Shown here one piece after another: positions 10,455 to 21,785 of a DNA stretch of 64,000 nucleotides. Origin of the DNA: Chrysemys picta bellii (lineage: Eukaryota). A model generated the notes under the pieces. That model was not told the origin of the DNA. It saw only the letters and a list, made by a program, of their open reading frames with translations, and did no database searches. Made by a program: the position numbers and the translations under genes. How positions within the stretch are numbered: position 1 is the stretch's first letter; each line of letters opens with the position of its first letter. The stretch is from NCBI RefSeq assembly GCF_011386835.1, contig NC_088794.1:82274001-82338000 (forward strand). Reading direction: 5' to 3'.

Positions 10455-13190
10455 TTCATTCATGTGCTCAGTCCCTTTCATCCAAGCCCCAAAGCACAGC
10501 ATCTGCACAGGGAGACAATCTATTGCATTTGGACGCCCCCTGCTGTCAATTTATCAGTAAACTGCCCAGAGCAGGAACTTAAGACCTGGGTACTATAGTG
10601 ATAGGCACTATAGACACTGAGATGCGATAGGCTGAGGTTGTGTATATACTCCCCAAGGAATGATTCCCAAATCATGTGGGGCGGATTATGTACAGAAGGG
10701 GCCAGGGAGGTGGCAGGGGCAGAATTAAGGTACAATCCAAAATGCCTCTCCAGATTATGAACTCTGTAGACCTCACACTGGAAATGCCCATGTGCCTGAC
10801 AGATAACAGCTGTGCCAGTCACCTGGCACCATGCCCCTGCTGGCACTAGGTTCCTGCTCTCTCTAGTTCATGAGTTTAATGGATTTGCCTGCCATCCGAT
10901 GCCATGTTCCTGCTCTCCTCCCCCCCCCCCCCCCAATCTATCGTGGCACTGGATTTCCCCACTGGCTGATGCTATGCCCCTGTTTCCACTAGTTCAGCTG
11001 TGCCACTGTATTTTCCAGGTCCCACTGCATCCCACTTGACCTTAAGGGCACAGGTTGAACTCCAAGTCCCCCTCTGGAATCCCGAGGTGTGAGCCCTTTA
11101 CCTGTAATAACTCACAATGAAGGGAGCAGTAAAACGATCTGTGGTAGAACAGGTGAGAACTTGCTGGGGACACAGAGGCTGGGCTGTCAGACACAGCAAC
11201 TCAGCTTCCTCTGCCAAGAAAAGGGGAAAAAGAGGAACACCTCCTGATGAGTCTCCTATTGCCAGTCTCGGCCATCCGTTGCTCTCCGAGCCCCTCATGA
11301 AGCAGTTTCCACATCACTCTGGAGGCCTGGGGTTTAGCACAGACTCCAGCCCCTCCAGCTCCTTTATTTCTGTCACTGCACAATGGTCACACTTATAATC
11401 TAGTCACGCTGTTCCTTGTCCTCCTGCTGTCCCTATCCCAAGTCCTACACACAGTGACATGGTCTAGCCTCGCATGGTGAACAGCCATTTGGGACAGTCC
11501 AGAGAGGAATGATGGAAAAACTCCAAGCACCTTCATTCAGTGACAGAAGCAGAGACCTGGAGTGTTTACTGAGCAGGGTAGGCTTGGGCAGATCAGTTTT
11601 CACAGGATCCCACCTGCTTTCTTCCTCTAAAATTTCTTCACCATTGCTAGCACAGTCCTACCTATGAAACTGAGTCCTTCCCTCCTGGATGGCAAGGGCA
11701 AGGAAAGAGCATCTGGGCCCCATGATAATGGAGATAATCATCGCCTCCTTCAAAGGTGACTCTCAGCCATCCTGGAAAATGCAATAGAAGAAGCCTAGAT
11801 TTGACACCAGCAATCTCATCCATTGCCCCTGTTTCCAACCTCTCCTTTGTAGGCCTCGTCATTGAGAACATGGGGCATCCACTCTCCAAGGGGAGCTTTC
11901 TTCTATCCAGTATTCTTCCTCAGTCAAGTTTCAGACCAGGATATGGAATAGTGACAGTCCTGCTGGAGCCAATGGACACCTTTCCACTGGCCTTGGACAG
12001 GAGACAAACTTTTATGCAGAGGACTGGTCAGTGGCTTTCTGCACTGTCAAACATATGAGCCCTTGCAAAAATGAATGGGGCTGCCCTGCACTAGCTTCAC
12101 TCAGTCATTTCTTACTGAGGGCTCCCATCTGCGCCCCCCGCCAACACCAGAGGCTTGTCTGTCAGTGCCTGAGCCCATGTCTGCTCTGATGCTGGTTGCA
12201 GCCCTGGAAGTTTTACATCCCCTCAACTCCAGTACAGAGCTAAGAAACTGAGGTTGTGTTTTTGCCAGTTTGGAAGCTGGGCCCAATGTGAGGGGAGGCA
12301 GAGGGGCTGACATGGAGCAGAGGTCGGCCATGTGAGCAAACTGCAGCACACGCCTCAGCAGGCAGACAGGCAGAGCTGAGCTATGCCATGGTAGATTGAT
12401 AGGTGTCTGGAGGAAAACGTCCTGCTGATAGCCTGAGAGCAATACGCAAACAGGGAGAAATGACAGCTGCTCCTGTAGCTTTTCCATCATCTCTGCTGAT
12501 AGCAGCCACCCTGCCTGCAGCCCCGCGATTGATGCGCCTCTGAGGACTCTCATAGCGTGGATGCCACTATCAGAAAGGATAAAAGAATTGCTACGTGGAA
12601 CCCAGAGGAGAGTTCAGATCCTTATCAGGAACAAAAAGGACATCAATCTGGTGCCAGCACAGGCCTGTCAGACACAACCTGCACACTCAGCGAGCGGGGC
12701 CAAGGATATTTCCATTGCCACAAGGGAATTGTGCCCCTCAGGGGCAGCTCTTCCCGCAGCCATGCTATTCCATCCCCACCTGAGGTCTGCCAATGCACCT
12801 CAGGCCTGTCCTACAGCAGCCCCTGCTATTCCATGTGACCATTTCCCTGCCCTCTCAGCTCCATGATCCTGACAGCTAAGGACAAGACTACTTTGAACAG
12901 CACCAGCAGAGGTGAGATGGCAACTTAGGTTAGCAGGATGGCTTATGGGTCAGGATTGAGGTACATTGGCAGAGCTGGGGGAGGCCAGGACTGGAAGAGC
13001 AGGTGGGGGCTGCTGCCCATCTGCTGACTCCAGTGAGCATTTTGTGATTGCATTTGGAGTTAGTGATTCATTTTTTGTCAGACTGCTGGATGTGTTAGAA
13101 ACAGGACTGGGAGGGGGGCAGTCAGGGGGTTTTGTTGCTGTCTACATATGTGAGCTAATTCAGTGCCCCCCCAAGAGCTTCTGGAGACTT

Positions 13191-13436
13191 GAATATGTCT
13201 ACACAGCAAATGGTCTGCATGGAGTAACGTACCCAGACCAGCTTGTATCCAGCTAGTGCAGGTAACAATACCAGTGAATACTTTCATAGCATGTGGTACA
13301 AGCCTGGCACAGACCTTGGGTACATACTGGGCTTGCTAGCTCGCTCTGAAGTCTGCACTGTACTGCTTCACTATCTGGATTCAAGGTAGCTCAGGTAGGC
13401 TGGCCTGGCCACAGCTTTTGCTGCGTAGATATACTC
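13191..13436. mobile_element. PIF/Harbinger-type MITE
   Basis: Inverted ends GAATATGTCTACACAGCAAA / TTTTGCTGCGTAGATATACTC; no clear TSD. Confidence 0.65.
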
Positions 13437-13957
13437 TGGGTCTCTTGTGGGCTCTAGCCAAACACTGTCCGGGGACCTTCCTGCTTCTCAGACACATCCC
13501 AGACATTTAAGAGGCAGTCCTGGTAGCAGCCGCACCCAGGACTGAAGATCTGCCTGCTGCCCAGTCAGCACGAGGAAGTTGCCAGTCAGGGTCACCAGAA
13601 AGGAAATGGAGCAAACAAGCATGCAGCTTGTTAATTTGTCTCTAACAATGTGTTAATGAGAGTAACCTCGTGCCTGCCCCCCCACACACACACACACACT
13701 CAGGCGCTGCTCTGCTTATCCACATCCCACTAACCACTGTGTACTATCACAGCAGGCAGGTGTGGCTCCCAGCAAGGACCCATGGTAGTCACAATCAAAG
13801 GGCACTGACCCCTGTAGGGTCCCCCTCCCTACACTGAGTGAAAGGGCTCTGGGCTCAGACTGTGCAGCTCAGCTGCTTCTGGCTACACTGATGCTTCATG
13901 GAATTTCATAGCCACCTGCAGATTTAAAAAAGGGCATCTAAGTGTGGTGTTATAACA

Positions 13958-14120
13958 AATCATAGAATATCAGGGTTGGAAGGGACCTCAGGAGGTCATC
14001 TAGTCCAACCCCCTGCTCAAAGCAGGACCAACCCCAACTAAATCATCCCAGCCAGGGCTTCAACAAGCCTGATTTTTAAAAACCTCTAAGGAAGAAGATT
14101 CCACCACTTCCCTAGGCAAC
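13958..14120 (-). mobile_element. CR1 extreme 3' end (TTCTATGA-tail type)
   Basis: ATCATAGAATATCAGGGTTGGAAGGGACCTCAGGAGGTCATCTAGTCCAACCCCCTGCTCAAAGCAGG is the reverse complement of the CR1 3' terminus. Confidence 0.85.
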
Positions 14121-14669
14121 ATCCCTAATGCACTGCCATTTACTGCTACCTGAGCTCAGAGAGGGCTCCCCAAATGGGGGTACAGCAGGCTGCATGTCAA
14201 AAGAATCCAGCCCCTACTTTCTAGAGCTCCATACCACCGTTCATGAACATCATTTGTCCAATTATATTATGGACTGTAGACAAGGAATCACTTCACCTGC
14301 CATAGAAATGCAACTACCTTTGGGGTGGAACTTAGCAGCCATTTAATAACTGCCCATCAATATTATACAACATTTTAAAACAGGAAGTAAAATAATATTA
14401 TATCCAATAGACACTGCTCAGGGGAGTTAGAATAGAATTACCTATCTCCCTGAGTTAGAATTTGGCCAGAACATCAAGTTAATGCTTTGATTCTTACAAA
14501 CAGCACCATGGGATGTTTAGGAAGCAGGATTTCATTTAAGCCTTGTTTTAAAAAAAAAAAAACCACAACACTCTGGAGCACTAGGGTTAGTACTGTCCCA
14601 TAAGAATCAGCATTCCCTGCTGAATTCCCAGTACTACTTCCAACAGTGTCTGGTATTCTTCATATATCT

Positions 14670-15524
14670 TTACTCTCACAGATCTTGGGAGACAGACCTG
14701 TCCTCGCTTACAGACAACCCCCCAACCTAAAGCAAATACTCACCAGCAACCACACATCACTGAACAAAACCACTAACCCAGGAACCTATCCTTGTAACAA
14801 ACCCCGATGTCAACTCTGTCCACATATCTATTCCAGTGACATCATCATAGGACCTAATCACATCAGCCATACCATCAGGGGCTCGTTCACCTGCACATCT
14901 ACCAATGTGATATATGCCATCATGTGCCAGCAATGCCCCTCTGCCATGTACATTGGCCAAACCGGACAGTCTCTACGCAAAAGAATTAATGGACACAAAT
15001 CTGACATCAGGAATCAAAATACTCAAAAACCAGTGGGAGAACACTTTAACCTGTCTGGTCATTCAGTGACAGACCTGCGGGTGGCTATATTACAACAGAA
15101 AAACTTCAAAAACAGACTCCAACGAGAAACTGCTGAGCTAGAATTGATATGCAAACTAGACACAATCAACTCCGGTTTAAATAAGGACTGGGAATGGTTG
15201 AGCCATTACAAACATTGAATCTCTCACACTTGTTATCTAACTGTCTGTCTGTACTCGGCTAGCTTGATTATCACTTCAAAAGTTTTTTTTCTCTTAATTA
15301 ATTGGCCTCTCAGAGGTGGTAAGACAACTCCCACCTATTTATGCTCTCTGTATGTGTGTATATATATCTCCTCAATATATGTTCCATTCTATATGCATCC
15401 GAAGAAGTGGGCTGTAGTCCACGAAAGCTTATGCTCTAATAAATTTGTTAGTCTCTAAGGTGCCACAAGTCCTCCTGTTCTTCTTTTTGCGGATACAGAC
15501 TAACACGGCTGCTACTCTGAAACC
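14670..15524 (+). mobile_element. 5'-truncated Penelope-like element (Neptune type): GIY-YIG endonuclease end of ORF plus pLTR
   Basis: Open frame to TGA 15216-15218 with CNKPRCQLC (Cys linker), VIYAIMCQQC..MYIGQTGQSLRKRINGH and RETAELELI. 12-bp TSD CTTCATATATCT (14658-14669, 15525-15536). Confidence 0.93.
15395..15434 (+). ncRNA. Minimal type-I hammerhead ribozyme motif, core variant CCGAAGA
   Basis: GCAT-CCGAAGA-A-GTGGG(CTGTAG)TCCAC-GAAAGCTT-ATGC in the Penelope pLTR. Confidence 0.6.
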
Positions 15525-16573
15525 CTTCATATATCTCTCATCCACACACCTGGCCTGATGCTGCTCTGCTTGTGATCAAACAAGACCACAGCCTGAGCTG
15601 GTACAGCTGTTTGCCAGGTCTGATTGCCCAAAGTCAGCCCCAGATGCTTCCCATCACTGCTCATTCCCAGTCACCAAACAGAAACACAAATCACCTGGTG
15701 CCACAAGCTTGATGATGTTGCAGACAGGGGATTGTACCAGGCATGCTTAGCAAATACAAATAAGGCCCCTGCCTTGAGGCAAGGACAGATGTAGAACTTC
15801 AATGCTGTGTTGTATGCTGCAGTATTCCTTCAATAGAAATGTAGGCTATTTTTAAAAGAGTTAGTTCCACACAGAGGTGGGTAAAATACCAGAGCTCTAG
15901 ATAGTCCATGCTCTGTCTCTTTAAATCTGACACTCTATTTCCAGGTCAACAGTTCAGGTGACCACAAAGCACTCTACTGTAGGGGTTTTAGTTGGGAGAT
16001 CTGTGAATGTGTAATCCTTCTAGTTAAACTCTCCTTGTTATGTTGATCTGTAGAGATGTTGTAAAGCTTAAACAGCAATTATAAAGGATGACTTTAGAAA
16101 AGTGAGGTGTTTTTTTTTTGGTTTTAGCAAAAAAGCTGCAGCATAGAATTCCAAAGAGGAAAATGTTCTGACTGAATTTAGGGCTCTGAAAAGTATGAAG
16201 CAAATACTAATGCTATGGAAACAATGGTAACTTGTTTAAAACTGAAGTCTGGTAACAGTTTTAGATAAAATTTTAATGAAATTGCATTATGGTCATTTAA
16301 ATCAGTGTTAAAGTCACTGCAGCTGGTACATGCAGTAAACTGGAGAATGCTGGAGACATTTATGCTTTACCTGTGGAATAGTGTTTGCCTTTGTAACTTC
16401 ATTTTGTGTTAATACTTCAACTGACTTAGAATTGCCGTAATTATGTTTAGCAGACTGGGGCCGTGCTTTGCTGCAGGGTTTCAGCTCCCTATAATACTTC
16501 CATAGTGAGCTGGGTAGACTTTAAATCTGCAGATGTATTAACAGAACTCACCTGATCAGACAAGACCTGGTCT

Positions 16574-16696
16574 TAAGGTGACCAGATGTCCCGCTTTTAT
16601 AGGGACAATCCTGATTTTGGGGTCTCTTTCTTATATAGGCTCCTATTACCCCCAATCCTCTGTTTTGATTTTTCACATTGCTGTCTGGTCACCCTA
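16574..16696. mobile_element. 123-bp hAT MITE, same family as 10332-10454
   Basis: TIRs TAAGGTGACCAGA / TCTGGTCACCCTA; TSD CCTGGTCT / CCTGATCT. Confidence 0.9.
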
Positions 16697-19600
16697 CCTG
16701 ATCTGAAAATGCAATACAGACAATGCTTGGGGGGGGAGAGGGGTAGGGAAAAGGGTGGGGAGACAAGCAGAAACAATGGGAAGAGATAGGGTATAAAGGT
16801 CATGTGGGATTCAGGACAAAGAGCTTGAGGTTTGCTGTCAATTACCCACTGAAGGGTGCACCATATTGCTACCCGATACTGATACCATTTTTCAGCAGGG
16901 TGTCATTTTCCTGTTCAGAGAGTAGCTTGTGTCTGTTGTTTAGTGCTACAAATATTTGGCTAGCATAATCATCTGCCTGGAACGCACTCGGCACTGGCAG
17001 GGGTCTGTACCATCCTTTCCTGGGTGTACTTAAAAGGCTGCACAGAGTGCATGTCTGACATCACCACAGAATCAGCCCTGGTCCCAACAGCTTTCCTAGC
17101 CTTCTACCTTACCAACAGGGCCAGGCACACCAACTCCATCTAGATCTAACACTTCTGTGACTGGGGGATGGGGACCATTTCCCACTCAGCGTTACCATTA
17201 AAGGTAGGGGTGTATCTTCCCTGTTTCTGGAGCCCACATAGCATGAGAGTGTTGCTAATATGAGAGGCTTATTCCCACCATTCCCTATTGCTTTCTTCCC
17301 CATACACACACCCCAGGCATGCACATAGCACAGACCCCCTGTCACAGGGGAGAGCCTGGTCCACTGGAGCTTGGGGTTTTGCTGGAGAAGAGTGCCCTGC
17401 CTGCTTGCTCTTCACTTTGCCTGTTCTAAACCCTGACAGCTGATCTCCATCTGTAAGTGGGCTGTGAGCCACTGGCAGGTAATTGCTAAAGCAAGCAGGA
17501 CACTAATTGGAATGGCTGCAGCCAGGGATGTGCTCTCAGTTAGTCTTGGCTCCGCAGCAGTCTGTATGGAAGAAGCAAACCCATAGGGGTCAGAATCCAA
17601 TTTTCCATTGTGTTGTCTCTGCTGCCGCTAGAAAACCTGGCTGAGACCCTAAGTTTCCTGAGAAGAGGAAGAGACCTGAGAGAGTGGTGCTAATGAGTTT
17701 CTGTTTCAGCCATGGCGGCCTGCATACAAATCTTCTTTAGATCGTTCATGGGTGAAATGAGTTTACTGGGTCTCAGTCTGGTTTCTAGTATAACTGTGTG
17801 AATCACAGATTTTGACTCAATTGGAAGCCGTTGCTCAGGCAACACCTGAGATTGGAATAACGGCAGGGCTCAGGTCAGGTTTGACAAGCTTTAGCAGAGC
17901 TGGGTGGGGAGTTCAGGGCTAGAATAGCAGAAGTGTTGTCAGACAGGAGTAAGGGACATTAGCAAAGCTGTGGGGGGATGTCTGGGACCAAAATAGCAGC
18001 ATGTATGTTGTGGGTCAGAATTGAGTCATGTTGGCAGAGCTTGGTAAGGATTTTTGGCCCCAGGTTCTGTGTATCTTATGCCTTTCCTTTCATGACCATA
18101 AATTCCCACTGCTGTCCATACAACAAACTGGAAAGCTGTTGGAGGGGGGATAAGGTGGTTGCTTTACTCCTCTGTCATTTTGTTGCTGTTAATCCCAAAT
18201 TTCCCCTCCCAGATGGCAGCGCCCGTTATGCAGGATTCAAAGCACATGCAAAATCACTCAGCTGCTGGGGAGGAACCTGGAGCTGTGGCCACAGCAGCTT
18301 GTTGGCTGCAAATCAGATCAGAAGGAAACAAGTTATTTGCTATAGCATGTCTGGAATAGAAACTAGATTCACAGGGCTGCCGCTGCTGTGAGACAACCAG
18401 AGTATGGCCAGCAGCAGGCAGCATGCCCAGCCCAAACCTCTCCTCCCAGGCTAAGGCCAAGGAACCTGAGGGTCCTCTCCTAAAGAGACAGAGTCCTCAT
18501 GCCCCCTTCCCTGACTTGCATCCTTCAGACAGTCCACGCTGAGGTCTACGGTAAGAACAAGAGGCCCTGCCATCTGTGGCTTCTTGCAGAGAAGAGTCAA
18601 GACTGGTAATACCTAGAGCATTGGGGAGATTAAAGCTACGTTAAATGCAGATACTCCTTTGAGTTCTTCCTGGAAGCTGCCTAATGATCTGTGGGGAAAT
18701 TGTTTAATCAAGGCCTTTATGATAAATGGTGCAGAAAAGCGTCTACTATTGCCAATACAGGGCTTGAGAAGGGAGGCGGGGGGCATAACCTGCCTGGGGT
18801 ATAAGTCTCTGGAGACTTAGCTCAAACTGTGGTTAGGACATAAATGGAACAAGTTTATTGGGTCTCAGCCTAGTCTCTAGTGTACATTTGTCAGCACTCC
18901 AAATCCAATATGAAATTCAGTGTAACGGGCATTTACCCAGAAGAAGTCCATGACTGGCATAGCAGAAGGTGTTGCAGGTCAGGACTTCACATGGGAACCC
19001 AGAACTGGAGCAGCAGGGTGTACTGTGGTTCAGGGCTATGTAGGAAATGCCCAGCTAGAACAGCAAGCAGGTGTTTGAGTAGAGCTGAGTGTGGGGAGCC
19101 TAGGGCTGGAATGGTTGAGCCCCAGGTGCAGGTCAGGACTGAGGTGCATTGGCAGAGCTGTTCATGGATAACTTATGTAGAGCCTGTCTGCATTGTACCT
19201 GGCTCCTACTCCCCCATTAGTGTCTCACTCTCACAACTTGCACATCTTCAAAATTAAATTTAAAAGAATGGTGTAAACAGCAGTGGAAGCAATTTCCCTT
19301 CAACATCGAAGACCGAGGCGAACGTGTCAGTGGATGTCTATGCATGCGCACCAGGTAGGAGTGTATGCAGGGGGAAGAGTGTGTGTCTAGGACACAGGTT
19401 TGTTTGCCTGTGTGCATGCAGATTGGTGTGTGTCTGAGGTGGAGGCTGGAGGAGAGGAAGGGAAAGGTGTGTGAATCACAGCAATCACCTCTCTCTAGGG
19501 GCCTGTGTCACAGCACTGGGGTTTGCTCTACTCTGCCCCCTTCGTGGTCCACTTAAGGGTGCTCCTGTAGGGCTCAGGTCTCACCTCTTTATGAGCAGGG

Positions 19601-21594
19601 ACCTGTGTCACTCTCCCTCCAGACTGGGGATTTAGGTTGCAGTTCCCTCCGTTCACGCTGCCCATCCCAGCAGCTCTGACCTTACTCCAGCACCTCAGCT
19701 TGGCTCTCGCAAGGGACAATGATTAGCAGGAGAAGCTCACATTGAGTGTGGGGAATGGAGGGGATGCTCTAGCATGGGGAGTGGGGGGGAACTACTGAGA
19801 CTCAGCAGGGGGGTAGTTGGCTCCAGGCTGGGAAGGGGGGTCCCTGCAGTTTGCATCTTTCTCAGTGGCTGTTCCTAGACCAACACAATCACCCTGGTTC
19901 ATACGTGCTCCCCAGCCTGATCCCAGGCACCACAACAGCTACTGCAGCCCCTCTGGGTCCCACTCTCCCCTCCTTCCCTGTCTCCACACATGTGTGCACA
20001 ATTTACAGGGAACATTAGTTCCCAGAATGTGTAATGGAACAACGCACAAGGATGGAAACATAGACTAGACCCCACAATGTTTCCATTGCAGGGGTGCTAG
20101 CCCCTACTACTTCCCCCGCCCCCGGTCCATTGCCCTGATTACTAGTGTCCAGCCAGCTTTCACAAAACACAGCACAAGGACAAAAGCATTGCAGAGAAAA
20201 CATATCCTAAAGTAATAAACAGTCTACCCCCAGCCGCTGCTCTTCTACAGGGAGACCCTGGCAGATTACTGTCAATCCCTTCCAGCAGGGTTACCCTCTT
20301 GGTTACCATTTCATGTCAGTTTTTGGATCAAAATGAGGGACCCCTCAGCTACTTCAGGCTGATCCCTTACCCCCAAGACTTTCTTTGTCTGCTGGGCCTT
20401 TTCTAACCCAGTCTGAGCAACTCTCCGCAGGAGATGGGACTTCTTTGGAGTTGTTTTAGCTTTCCTGGGATCTGCAGTAATTACCCCCTTGCTAGTTTTG
20501 ATTCCTGGGAGAAGCTTGGTAATCCTCCCCCTTGGAGCTAGAATACAATCCCCAGCTCCCAAAGATACATATAACATTTATAGATACAGAAGATTGACTA
20601 ATCTCTGGGCCCATCTGGTTTAGCACATCTCAATATAATAGTCCTTTGAAACTTTAAGTTGCCTGCTTCCAAGGGCCTGCTGCTGTCCTAGATTGCTCCA
20701 AAGCTGCTGATGTGCAGACGGTTTGTTTAAGGTGGCATTTTAGGCTCCGTTTGACTCAGATCTGGGATTTGTACCAAAATGGAAACATTTCCATTAACTC
20801 TTAAAAATTCCAGTGGAAATCAGAGATCAAGTATTTTAACGTTCCTCTACTGTGTGTGCGGTCCTAGCATTGCAGCACTGGGCTAGTGCATGAGACACAG
20901 AATGGGAAACCGGCTGGAAATAAATGAGAAACTGAGCAATCTATTCTTCTTGTCCAAACTGAAAAAAATACCTCTGGGAAGCAGAAAGCAACAAGAAGGA
21001 GGAGTTCATTTAATATTTAATGTCCCCTCTGTTTGAACAAGCTCAGAGTGAAAGCTGTTTTAAAACTATTCATGTGAGAGGGTCCCCATTAGTAACTTAC
21101 CATGAGCTGAAGGATGGGGCCTCTGTTAGAGACACTGTTACTGGATTGATTGACTCCTCACCCAGGTGTAGCCTTCACGGGACCCCCCTACTCCCAGCAG
21201 GCAGCAAAATGAGGTTTCCACAACCCATTTTGTACCTCCCTGCACTGCTATGGAGGCTTGTGTGAAGTCTGTCTCTGTAATGCTCCAGGAGCTGTTTCAA
21301 TTCCCATGGGTGGAGAGTGCGGTAACCAGCATTTGGGGGGTGGGGTGTGAGGGGACAGGTTGGGTCATTTCACTAGGTTCTTGCCCTCTCTTTGGGCTAT
21401 ATTTCTGTAAGGCACCAAGCACTGCCAAAACAGCAACCCGGTCTCAGGAACAATCACCCAAGTGTGCATCCTTCTCATGTGTGTCACTGGCAAGGCACTA
21501 GAGGGCATCACACCAGTTCAAGTCCAGTACTTCACCTGGCCACTGATACAGCCACATGAAGCTGGGGGAAATTAATAATACCATGTAGATGTTA

Positions 21595-21785
21595 TATATT
21601 GCTTCTCATCGGTAGAGCTCAAGGCATGTTACAAAGTAGGCTAGTATCATTATCCACATTTTACACATGGGGAAACTGAGGTGCAGTGAGGTGATGTGAC
21701 TTGCCTGAGGTCACCCAGCAGCAGAGCTAGGAACAGAACTCCAGTCTCCTGAATCCCAGTTCAGTGCTCTGTCCAGTAGGCCACC
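21595..21785 (-). mobile_element. MIR-like CORE-SINE
   Basis: CATTTTACACATGGGGAAACTGAGGTGCAGTGAGGTGATGTGACTTGCCTGAGGTCAC is the reverse MIR core. Confidence 0.85.

Larger units (their letters stand above)
14280..15612 (-). mobile_element. 5S rRNA-derived AmnSINE1-like SINE, interrupted by the Penelope insertion
   Basis: Minus strand 15612-15531 resembles the 5S head (TACCA...GTCTTGTTTGATCAC-AAGC-AGCAG-ATCAGGCCAGGT...TGGATGAGAGA). 14280-14650 resembles the AmnSINE1 central domain (recalled consensus, not aligned). Confidence 0.55.

Noticed and set aside
12101-12553. 150-aa minus-strand ORF
   Set aside because: No recognisable homology or convincing exon boundaries; the length is reachable by chance.
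13683-13700. (CA)n microsatellite and scattered poly-A/T tracts
   Set aside because: Short and ordinary for a vertebrate genome.
15531-15612. 5S rRNA-like sequence
   Set aside because: Too diverged and truncated, and continuous with a SINE body; not an rRNA gene.
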